Origin: Chlorokybus atmophyticus
Taxonomy: Eukaryota > Plantae > Mesostigma and Chlorokybus algae
DNA length: 64,000 nt
Assembly: GCA_009103225.1 (NCBI GenBank)
Contig: RHPI01002533.1
Coordinates: forward strand, 214,841-278,840
Direction: 5' to 3'
Below, piece after piece: positions 9,849 to 20,530 of this stretch. The notes under the pieces were generated by a model that ran no database searches, was not told the origin of the DNA, and saw only the letters and a program-made list of their open reading frames with translations. Each line of letters opens with the position of its first letter. The first letter of the stretch is position 1. Position numbers and translations under genes: made by a program.

Positions 9849-10885
9849 GGCGTGCGAGATTGAAGACGCATCATATATGCATTGTGCAATGAAAAATGGC
9901 TTTGCAAGGCAGCACCGTATAGTACTTGATGACGGTGATCGATCACAAACCGTCAACCTTAAAGGGCACAACGTATTCGCGTACACATCAGTTGACGGGG
10001 CACGCCATGTTTTGCGCGACAGAGGGGAGAATGTCAGTCGCAAAGTAAGCCCGGACGGCATCATTGTTAGTCCCTGGCCAACACCACGGCAAGCCTTGAC
10101 CACATACACGCCATTTGACAACAAGTTTGGACGCACACGCAGACCAAGGGCACTCGACCTATTCTGCGGCGGTGTCGGTGCCAGTGTCGGTCTATCGCAC
10201 GCACGTTTTGACATGACCGGGATGGACATAAGTCCCTCCTCTGAGTACCCGCTGCTCTTCATACACCGCGATGTATGCACCATGAGTGCATGAGAGCTGA
10301 GCGAGTACAAGCTCATATGGGCCAGCCCACCATGCCAGGCCTATTCAGGTGCTATCCAGGCACCTCGACGGGCGGCACATGGCACATCCTGTAGACACCA
10401 GGATATGATACTGCTCGTGCGACGTCATACTGCTTGCAAGCTAGGTGAAGTTTGTGATTGAGCATGTGCAAGGAGCAGCTTCCTCATTCAGACTTAATCT
10501 GTCCCTTTGTGGCGCGATGTTTGGCCTATCCACCTTTCGACACCGTCTATTTGAGACACAGCCAGTGGTAGCTACCCCACCAGCACGCTGCTCGCACGCG
10601 GGCAAGGCGGTTAAACTGCTATTGCCGCACCTATCCGCCAGCGCGAAGAAGGCAATTGTGACATCAAACGCGCCACAGCAAATGTACCCGGTCTATGGCC
10701 TTCCAAGCATCAGGGGCGGCATTGCTGCATGGCAAACAGCGCTGGGAGTGCCATGGATGACCTCGGCCGTTACCATAGCAAATGCAGTTCCTCCCGCAAT
10801 GGCGGAGTGCATAGGGAATCTCATGCTTGAAACAGTGGATACGCGCTGTGACTACCCTCCTGTGTCATGGAACTATGAGGCTTGA
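9849..10885 (+). pseudogene. Compact bacterial/phage-type C5 cytosine DNA methyltransferase with an unassigned N-terminal extension
   Basis: ALDLFCGGVG (motif I), GMDISPSSEYP, LIWASPPCQAYS (motif IV, catalytic PC), KFVIEHV (motif VI, ENV-like), LCGAMFGLSTFRHRLFE (motif VIII), ALGVPWMT…NAVPPAMAECIG (motifs IX/X). Disrupted by TGA at 10291, a frameshift near 10420 and TAG at ~10442. No introns needed. Confidence 0.9.
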
Positions 10886-11115
10886 GTGTGGTGCATTCTA
10901 TTGATGCTTAATGGCACACAGCTGACTGATTGTTGAATGTTGCATTCAACATTCGATTGTAGTGACAATTGTGCAGAGACAGCTGCCCGGTATTGTACAC
11001 GTCCACATGCAAAAGTCTTAGCGTACGATTAGCAATGCGTAACTGAATGATGTGTTCCAAACTTAGAGTAGTGAAACAAGTACATGTGTCACGTGGCAGT
11101 GCAGTGAACGTTTAT

Positions 11116-14100
11116 CTAATAATTGCCCTCTTGTACACGGGCGCTGTCCTTGTCAGACATGGGGAGCAGCTGGACATTGCCTTTTATCTGCTCGGAAGTC
11201 ACGACATAAAAATGTGGACCCCCTCGACGCTTTTCCCATTCCAGAGCGATGCACTTTGTGTCGCTCGTCACATCCAGCTTCGTGTACCAGCGGACAAACA
11301 CAACCTCCTTCCACACGCGCTTGCCGCTACCACCCCACACCACCACGCGCAATAAAAGGAGTGCCTAAGGCCACCACGTCACGTTCACACCGTCCTCATC
11401 ACCTTCCAACTTATGTGTAGAGAACCAAGGCCGCCCATGGAACATCCCAGCTGCGCGCGCCATGCTAACTCCGGATGTCATGTACACCGCTGCGCCTCCG
11501 TTCACCACGCAAAAAGCACGCCACGCGTCGGCCAACTCAGTTGTTCCCTCCTCAACCAGCTGTCCAAGGTGGCAGGCAGCTTGTCGGCGAATGGAGTCTT
11601 TAGGGCGACTTGGCGGCTACGCGCAAAACCGCTCCAGTACGGGCTGGACTCCCTATTTGTCAGCACATCCATCCGTAGCAACTTGTTCGTCTTCTCCACT
11701 ACATTACAGCACTGCTGCCGCGCCTGCACCATGACCGAGCGCATCTCGGGATCCACGACCATGCCATCCTCTCTCACATTTTCCGCACAGCTCTATGCCT
11801 TTGGGATACGCGCCTGGTAGTCCCGGTTGTTGCCACCACGCGCCCATTGTTTAATATTTTGAACGTGCGTCTGCTCCATGCGGTTGGCGCTGAACCAATC
11901 TGGGTGTCCACCATTGGCCCAAAATGAGTGAGCTGATGCATCTTCTCGATCTTTCAACCTGACTTGTGCAGAATATAACGACAGGAGCGGATGCAACACT
12001 GCAGATTTGAAGGCGGCCAGCCCATTGTCATTGTCTGCTGTGGTCAAAGTCTCTCTTGTGTGTTCATACGCCTGGAGCAACTTCTTGTTCCACTAGGCAA
12101 GCGATGCGGCAGCAATGGTGAAGAAATCGTTGCCCGCACTGTCGAGCAGCAAACCGTCTGCACGAACCGGCAGCAGCTGCAGCACCGCCACTTTCTCCAC
12201 CACCTGAAAGGAGTGGTCGGACATGAAGAAATCAACTGTGCTTGTGGGTGCATTGGAGTGCAAAACCCGTAGAGTCGCCTTGCATGCATTCAGCCTGTGC
12301 ACATCTGCTTGTGAGCACGTGTCGTTGGCTTCTGTGTTTAACACAACAGCAACACCAAAGACGTATCTGGCCTACAGAGTCTATCTCGTGGATGGACGCA
12401 TTCGTTCCTTCGCAGCGTCGTACACTGCAGCAAGCAGGTGGTCATTGATGCCTTCCAGCACATGCATTGCGTCAGGGGCAAGACGAGAGTAGCAGTCAGC
12501 TCCCGGCACCCGCGACTGTCGCAAACCTCACAGTGCATTCTGTTGCCAAACCACATTGCCTGGTTACACGGAAAGCCATTCATCTTCACGATTATCGGTA
12601 ATTTCACCATTACCTCATCGACATGCATAGAGTGCTGCTCTTTGAAAGCCTTAGCTGTCTGGCGTGCATTCCTAACTCCGCTATGCAAGTCCGCTCGCAG
12701 TGTCGTATTGCTGGTGTGTAGAAAGCCTCGGTTCTCAATTCCCGGTCCTCATCAATCTCCAACAGGTATGATTTGGTGACGAGACAAACATGGCAAGGAT
12801 GTCGTGTTTGGTTGCCCGACACAGTGCGTGCGAGTGCGGCAGTCTCCTGCAACACGACAAACTCAGATGCTTCACTGACAACATCCTCCATGCACTGCTT
12901 GCCGGCGGGCTGCATCTGGTTACAACCATTTATGCCCACTACCTGCAAGTTGCTGATGTAGTTGGCAAGCGCGGGAAACAGACGATGCTCGATACCATTT
13001 GGGTCGATGAGCTGCAGACCTTCCCAGCTCGCCCGCTTCACATCCCCTAACACTACATTCAAAGCGTTATAGAAAATCTCACGTTTTCGAATTGAGAACG
13101 ATTCCTTGCCCTGCGCCCGGTGGGATGCCCGGCCACTGCGTGAACCATCGGCAGGAGCGCTATCATAACAACCCCCATGTTGCTAGCTTACATGTCCAAC
13201 TGTAGTTGGCAAGCGATGCTATCAGAGGGTAGCCACAGCGCTTGCCCGCGCTGTCCACGTGGTCTTGTCAATGTACAGAATGGCAGGCGCCAAGTCGGAC
13301 GCTTCCCCCACCTCTCTCCTCAAATCCACCTCCACATCCTTCCACTAATTGCCCGTGGAAGGATGGCCAAAGCTGTGCTCGTCACCACTGTACTGGAGAT
13401 TGAAGCCATTAGCGGCATGTGGATTGCCATACAATCGCGCGAGCCATACCTGCTCGGACCAAGAGCATTAACAGGCATGCAGGCCTCAGAATAGATACTG
13501 CATCGATGCTGCATTAGATACTGCAATTTATAGACCTTGGCCGGCATATATGTGACGCTGATGTCATGAATCTCAGGGGCTCCAGGCTTGCGCAGGTCAG
13601 CCGTCACGTAGTTCTGATACGGCAGCGCACTTGCATGTGCATATGTGACACGGCTCTGATGGTTGAAGCACATGCACCGTACACCGTGAACACACCTTCG
13701 ACTAAGAGAAAGCAATTGTGGTCCGGAGGTAGCTGGCCACATGCACGCCGGTCTCCCATTGGAGCTCTTCCGTAAGGAAATGTGCATTTCGGATGCACTT
13801 GATGATCCGCCCCATGTCGGGAGGCCGACAGGCCTTGGCCGTTGTTGCACTGCACGAATGCCACTGCAAGAGCATGCTCCGAGCCATACCACCTGGATTT
13901 CGATGCGAGCAAAGGGACGCCTCCACTTCCATGTTGGCGTGCCACAGATTTTTCAGGCACACGCACACATCAGAAGCCCTCGTTCACTTCCTCCTCCTCC
14001 TCCTGCTGCTGCTGCTATGCGTGTGTCTCCTGGAGGGATCCTTTATCATCAACCATGTGCGCATCCTGGTTCGAACTCCCCGGTTCAACATGACCCGCAT

Positions 14101-14200
14101 CGTACTGTAATGGACACTGACCGACATATAACATAATTTGCTTGCACACCCTGCTGCTAACAATGTGTATGTAGACCGAGCTGCGTGTGGCGAAGCGCAT
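11116..14200 (-). pseudogene. Plavaka transposase, copy 2 (frameshifted)
   Basis: Colinear with copy 1 (position 1 corresponds to 12137; homology runs to ~2623/~14882). Also shows the C-terminal part: NRMEQTH (third catalytic E) and VVFVRWY…IKGNVQLLP. Has 1-bp indels relative to copy 1. Confidence 0.88.
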
Positions 14201-15059
14201 GTGGCAATACGGACAAAGGACTCCCGTTGCTCACTGCTGACGTCGACACAGGTGTCGCCAATGTAACCTGCATTATCATATCCAGCAACACGCATAGCCG
14301 CAGCCGCCGCCACTACCGCCGCTACCCTTGCATGCCAGAGGCGGGAAACTTGGCTGCCATTCACTGGCTCCGTTGTACTAGTACTATGGTACGATCGAGC
14401 CATTGCACGTCCAGGGTGGGGTGAGTCTCTGTATTTATATCCTGATTGAACCGTTTCAATGGTAAAAAGATGCCTTTGCCATTGAAATGGTACATTGATC
14501 CAATATGGCCGCTATTCACTGGCTTCGTCATACCATTACTATGGTACAATTGAGCCATTGCACGTCTAAAGTGGGGTGAGTCTCTGCATAAATATCCTGT
14601 TTGAACCGTTTCAATGGAACGAAGATGCATTTGCCATTGAAATAGTATATTGAAATGGTACTTTTGTTCAGTGGCAATGGCAGATCGTACCATTGACAAG
14701 TGCTGGCAATGCCAGTCCCTGCGCATGAAAACATCATTGATGGCTCCGCCAAGCTATGCCCTTACATGGCGGTGATGCCGAGGGTATGTGGCGTTTGGTG
14801 GATCGTTGGCGGCGCTGCCAGGGGCGTAGCGGGCGTTGTGGTCGAGGTCCAGGATAAAGCCCATGTTTGCACAGGGCGGGCACTGTTGGGTTTGTCGATG
14901 GCTTGAGTGGACTGACGCAGACGGCCGCGGGCCAAAAGTGGTTGTTAGTGACACCAACTCCCCGCTCCCCTGCACACGCAAGCCAGCATGAGTCCAGCTA
15001 CCAACTGTGCAGCATCTACCAACACTACCAACTGTGCAGCAGCACAATGCCAACTTACT

Positions 15060-15400
15060 TGATGTTGTAGGCGTTCAGGTCTACATATGTAGTCCTTCAT
15101 GGTGGACTCGGGCAGACCAAGGTCTTGGGCAGCCTCTGCAGCTGTCATACATCCTTACTGCACAGCAAAGATAGCCTCCTTCACAGCATGGAAGAGGAGT
15201 TCTTTGTCTTTCCTCTTCATACAGGGGCCCCTCTTGTGCTGGGTTTGCTGTGCCTTCTTACGTAGATGCACTTGCTTGTTGGTGACGCGTTTAGCACTAG
15301 ATGCTGCAGTGCTTGTCACCTGCACACAAGCTTGCATGAGTGCCTTGCTCAACGCACAATGAGTAAGTGGCGTGCACACTGCAACCCTTGGCCATGATGA
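15060..15400 (-). pseudogene. pogo/Tc5-like transposase N-terminal HTH (psq-type) fragment
   Basis: HAVKEAIFAVQ…MTAAEAAQDLGLPESTMKDYI matches the HTH_psq pattern. No DDE domain follows; the remnant ends close to the TIR at 14950. Confidence 0.5.
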
Positions 15401-18199
15401 CAACTAGTCTGAGCCAGAATTTAGCAGTGGGACAATTGCATTAGCTTACCCGAGTAGGCATAGGAACTTGTAACAACTTGTGACCAAGCCTTTGCCTCCA
15501 CACCGTGTTGCCTCCACACCGTGTCCGCTCCTCACCAATGTGTAATTAACTTACATGCGTGCAATGCAACTCCAGCCCTCAACACTTGCAATGTAACGCC
15601 ATTAGCACACTAGCACGATACAACAACACCTAGCACCGTCGCCAACCAGCCAACACTAGTGATCACAAAGCTTAGGAAGCTGGCGCGCACAACATTAAGT
15701 AGTGGCAATTTCACTTGTGCAATTGTTCATGAAATGTGCCACAAATTGGCAAAAAGTTGTATCTATGAGACATAAATACTGGATGAGTTGATAGACGCGG
15801 TGAAGGTTCCAAGCAGTTTTGGAGCAAAGCTGCAGTCATTCTCCACAAAACTAGTGTCTCATTGATACAACTTGCAAAAAACCCCAAGTTAAAAGCTGCA
15901 GACGTTCAGAAGGCAAACTATGAACATGTAGCCATTAATGAATTAATGTTCGACAACTTAAATCTCCCGCTACACTAGCCCAGACGCGACGCGGTTTGAA
16001 ATGGACGGTGGCTATAGGCCTAATCTAACCGTCCCTAGCCCCCCACCGCGATCCTAGCACCCTAGCCACAGTGACGGCCAAAAAGCCTCAATCGCCGAAA
16101 TTAGGGCGCCCGCCGACATTAGGGCATTTTACCCTATTTGTCTGCCGTGGCGTGGTCGGACACCGTCAGTTTACCACATGGACAAGGTGATAGCTTGCAG
16201 TGAGCATCACCGCTCACCGCACTAGTTGTACAGGCAATAATCAAAGCTTGCGACACGTGTAAGCCTTGCTATGCACCCTACGTGGCATGCTGCCGCCACT
16301 CAACCGCGTGCATAGTGCCACCGCAGGTGCTGATACGGCCACGCACCTGATGCCGCTTCAAGCTGCTTGCCCACCAGCAACACATGCCGATTCTCCAGCT
16401 ACCGGCGGCAGCACCTGGTGTTGCCGAAGCCTCCCTCGTTATGCCTTCACACCAGTCGCCTCGTTGACAATGACGTGGGTGACGTCACAGTTGTGAGTGA
16501 CACAGAGCAAGGTGCGGAACAGCCTCGGTCGGGACTTGTTCGGGCATGCTGTCGGACAACATTACCTCGGCAAGAAATACCGATGCCGAGATAACATTAA
16601 ATCTTAATATCAAATCCTTGACTTGACAGTACTGCGCGTTCAGTGTATTGACGTTATGCACATTGCTACGTCCGGCACCATTGAGTCCTTGCAGGGACTA
16701 GTCCTGACATGGGCCGCCCATCCTACCGCCTCACAATTCGCGCCCGGTACTGCATCGGCTGTCACACAGGTCGTATTGGTAGTGCATGAGCCAGCAAGCG
16801 TAAGGCTTGCGAAGCCGGTATCCTATAGGATCTTGACCAAACCAAAACCTTTTCCTTTCGGCTCACATGATGATCTGATCTCGATTGGCCCAACGAAACG
16901 TTGGAGCAGGAACCATCAACGGGGCCATTTAGCGCCCGCTTTATATAACTTCGTCATGCTGAATCATGGAATGTCTGCCGCGCCTGAGGCAAAGTCTTCA
17001 GGGCCTCAGATACAGGCGGAAAGTCCGCCCTGCAAGACTTCTTCCTCCCAGCCAAGCATGAAAGTCCGCCTGCAAGCCAAGGCGTGTCGTTGATCTCCAT
17101 CACAGAGTCAGCTGAAGGGTCAAGTTTGCTTCGAGCTGGCTGCCTGCCCGCATGCTGCGGACTCCTCCTTCCTCCCTGACCTAAATATATTGACCTGAGC
17201 TTCAGCGGCAGCATTGCTCAGCGTGGCGGCTGAGGCTGAGATGATCGGCGAGATCCATCTGCTGCCGCTGCGCGGCTGTAAGCGCTGCGCGGTTGTAAGA
17301 CCTAGTGCTGCTAACTCAGCAGTACTAAGCTTAGGTTGATTTGTCATGTTCATAACTGACCAATTGACTCATTCATACTCAGGCAAAGAGGTTGGGGGAA
17401 GAGGCAGCAGTACACTTGTGCCACACGTGTGCGGCATACATGTAGTAGGCACACTTGTGTGATGTCATTTCGGTTTCAGGTACTGATAGTTGGCTGCTGG
17501 TTGAAAGCGCTCACAGCACACGGCGCTAGTGTAGCAGCTGCTCTGCTAGCAGACACAAGTCGGTAGCATGCTGCAGGGCTAGCGGCCGGAGCGAGCACTT
17601 GCACGGTTACTTTGCCTGCTATCTGTGTGCTTTGCTGACTGTCAGCTTGGCTTGTTTGAACTGTTGCAAGTTGGCTGCCGACAGCGACCAATGCAGCTGG
17701 CATGCAGCGGAGTGCTCGCCAACAAGCAAAACTTCTGAACGACAGCTTTGGTGAAAGCAGTGGAGCTAGTTTCCGCTCCTCAGCAGGCAACGCTGTTGCT
17801 GACCTGCTGCAATATACTGCAGCAGCTGAAGCAGTGGCCTCCGCCTGCAGATAAGCCTACCGGTAGGTGACCTTGTTTTGCAGCCACCGGATGCTCAGGA
17901 TGTTCAATGCTGCTTGACGCTTGCATGTCCCCTCGCAGACGCAGGACTTCTGCTAAGCATCTGCGGTTTGGGAGGAGGCGCCGCCTCAAGGTGCATGGGG
18001 TCAGCTCTGGACACAAGCTTCATGCGCACGTACGTTGTTTGATTTGACGGTGAAATGGTTTTGCTGTGCTCTTCTGAGGCAGTGTACGTTTTGCCCGTAT
18101 TGCAACCATAATCAGTGCTTGCTCAGCAAGCCGGAGTGCACCTTCAGTGTGTTTTGCTGTTAGTGACGAAAATTTTGTGCATTGCAGCTAAACTGTTAC

Positions 18200-18840
18200 A
18201 ATTGCTATGCTTGCTGCTTGCAAGCCTGAACACCGACTGTTTTCGTTGTGCGAACAGTTGGAATGCTATCTTGACCGCTGTGCAGGCGGTCAAGGTGCTG
18301 GCTGCCCTTGTCATGATGTCACGTTCTGTGTGCAGGCTGCTTTCTGGGTTGCGGGAAATATGGGTGCCAGAGTCGACGGCAGATGTGTTCGAGCAGAGCA
18401 AGCTAGCGCTGGTAACGGCCCTTGAGGGTACACCTGCAATGCCGCTCAACGACAACCCCAACTCACGCCCCCTCTTGGAAATGCAACTCCTCAATGACTT
18501 GCTCGCCGAGTACGGCACCGCCCGCGCCGTCCGCCTTGAGACCACCCTCCTTTACACCATCGCCGGTGCCCAACATCGCACACGCACACGCACACGCACG
18601 CATGCACCCACCCACCCACCCACATACACACACCATTGACTGCATCCCACATGCAACACTGAGACTGTTTCTGCAGCAAATATCATTGACTTGGCGCGAG
18701 CGCGCGAGGGTCAAGTAGATGCTGTGTGCGATCGGCTGGCTGTCTTGTGGATTCACCAGCAGCAGCAGCTTCAGGAGCAGGACCTGCTGGAGCTTGCCAC
18801 CAGAGTCATGGAGCTGCGCGTGCAACAAGAATCAGGATGA
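18200..18840 (+). CDS. Hypothetical protein; at least 2 exons, 5' end uncertain
   Basis: An exon ending at 18565 (…RLETTLLYTIA) and exon 18677-18840 (ANIIDLARAREGQVDAVCDRLAVLWIHQQQQLQEQDLLELATRVMELRVQQESG*) splice in phase across a GT…ctgcAG intron containing an (AC)n tract. Confidence 0.45.
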
Positions 18841-20159
18841 CAATACTACGATCTTGATGACTGTAGATGGTGGTGGCCAATTGATGAACAGTTACATTTG
18901 GTGTAGCATGGTTGATCGGTCTCAGGTGGCCATCAACCATGGTCGCTAACATTTATGCCTATGCACGTCTAGGGCATGGATCGGACGGCAGGGCTATTGA
19001 TAGTACAGGAGAGGTTGAGCTGCCAGACGCCAGTGTCGTTGCAGTGGGACAGCAGACACTATGCAGCGATGGTTATTCATATCACCGCAGTGCAATGACG
19101 ATTATAAGAAACACTACAGGGTTGCGATGTCACTTTGTACCGAGTGCATGATGGCTGCAGATATTGCCATTGCCCAGCATGCACAGAACTTGAGAGGGTG
19201 ACACTCAAGCCATTGTGGTATCAACAGCAGCAGCGTGGCTGGCGCCAGAGGTGAGCACATCTTAACTCTCAACATCATGTTCCTTGTGCACACATGTCTG
19301 TGATTGCAGACAATCGCTGTTGTGATGTATGCACATTGCATCAGCTTGCCCTGCCCTGGGGTGCTGGTTAGGTAGATCGCACTCAGCCTGGTCACCTGTA
19401 CTGAGAGCAAAACCAGGTGCCGTTTGTTCCACAGCTAGTATGCTCACGTTTCTAGTGTACGCGAGTGTGGCGCAGGCAGCTGACATCGTGACACAACAGC
19501 GCTAGGTAGTCGCGAGTATCAGTGGTTTCATGTCAAGGAATGCCGTGCAGGGCTTCGACTGTGTGCTTGTGCAGCCATTTTGACTCTCACTTTGTTGCCA
19601 GTGTCCTGAGCATGCGTATCAGCCTACGACTTAACACCGATCAGGCACCAGGTCCCGCTCGCTCTCTTTGAGGCAGGGTGGGGTGGGGTCGAAGGGGAGG
19701 TCTGCGCAGTTTATTGAACGTGTCTGTCGCATAGTGTTGGACACAACAAACCAGTCTGACCAGCATCCTGTTGACAGGTCGTTGTTTCTGCAGCTCGGCT
19801 ATAAGGTCAGTTTCCATCCTACGCTGTGTACTGGACTTGACTGTTGATTTGCATAACATTTGTCTCCACAGCATTGGCGCTTTGGGCCCTCCCTCAGCAG
19901 TTCCTCAATGGACATGCAGGTTTGACGCAAGTCTCATGTGTCATGTGTTGGTAGTCACTGCGATGCAAAGGTTGCAACGTGCAAGACAGCATTTATCTAG
20001 TTGCTGCTGCTTGGAGGCTCCTGATGACAGAGAGAAAGTATTACTGTTACGCGCCACGGCGCTTCGCCTACGCATGCAACCTCTTCAAGGCAAGGTGCGG
20101 ATCTGGCGTTGCAATCAATAAACGTGGATGGTGGTGGTGGTGATGTGTGGGTGGGTGTG

Positions 20160-20530
20160 NNNNNNNNNNNNNNNNNNNNNNNNNNNNNNNNNNNNNNNNN
20201 NNNNNNNNNNNNNNNNNNNNNNNNNNNNNNNNNNNNNNNNNNNNNNNNNNNNNNNNNNNNNNNNNNNNNNNNNNNNNNNNNNNNNNNNNNNNNNNNNNNN
20301 NNNNNNNNNNNNNNNNNNNNNNNNNNNNNNNNNNNNNNNNNNNNNNNNNNNNNNNNNNNNNNNNNNNNNNNNNNNNNNNNNNNNNNNNNNNNNNNNNNNN
20401 NNNNNNNNNNNNNNNNNNNNNNNNNNNNNNNNNNNNNNNNNNNNNNNNNNNNNNNNNNNNNNNNNNNNNNNNNNNNNNNNNNNNNNNNNNNNNNNNNNNN
20501 NNNNNNNNNNNNNNNNNNNNNNNNNNNNNN
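20160..20530. other. Assembly gap (N run); further gaps at 22802-22995 and 33222-33301
   Basis: N runs. The second and third are flanked by poly-G; the first has GT-rich sequence on the left and G-rich sequence on the right. Confidence 0.98.

Larger units (their letters stand above)
3847..14950. mobile_element. 11.1-kb CACTA-type TIR-bounded Plavaka element (copy 2) with cargo and nested insertions
   Basis: 3847-3916 (cactgacaaccactttcggcccgcggccgtctgcgtcagtccacttaagccaacggcaaacccaacagtc) is the inverted repeat of 14881-14950 with few mismatches. Termini are CACTG…/…TAGTG. Encloses a Plavaka transposase. No clean TSD (left flank gc, right flank ac). Confidence 0.8.

Noticed and set aside
16260-16620. 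BRCT-like words on the - strand (DVTHVIVNE; AAAGSWRIG…W…SLK)
   Set aside because: The pieces are in different frames with stops and no convincing splice path; too short to call.
16950-18030. A/S/Q-rich ORFs on the - strand
   Set aside because: Low complexity, interrupted by stops, no recognisable domain; possibly a decayed gene.
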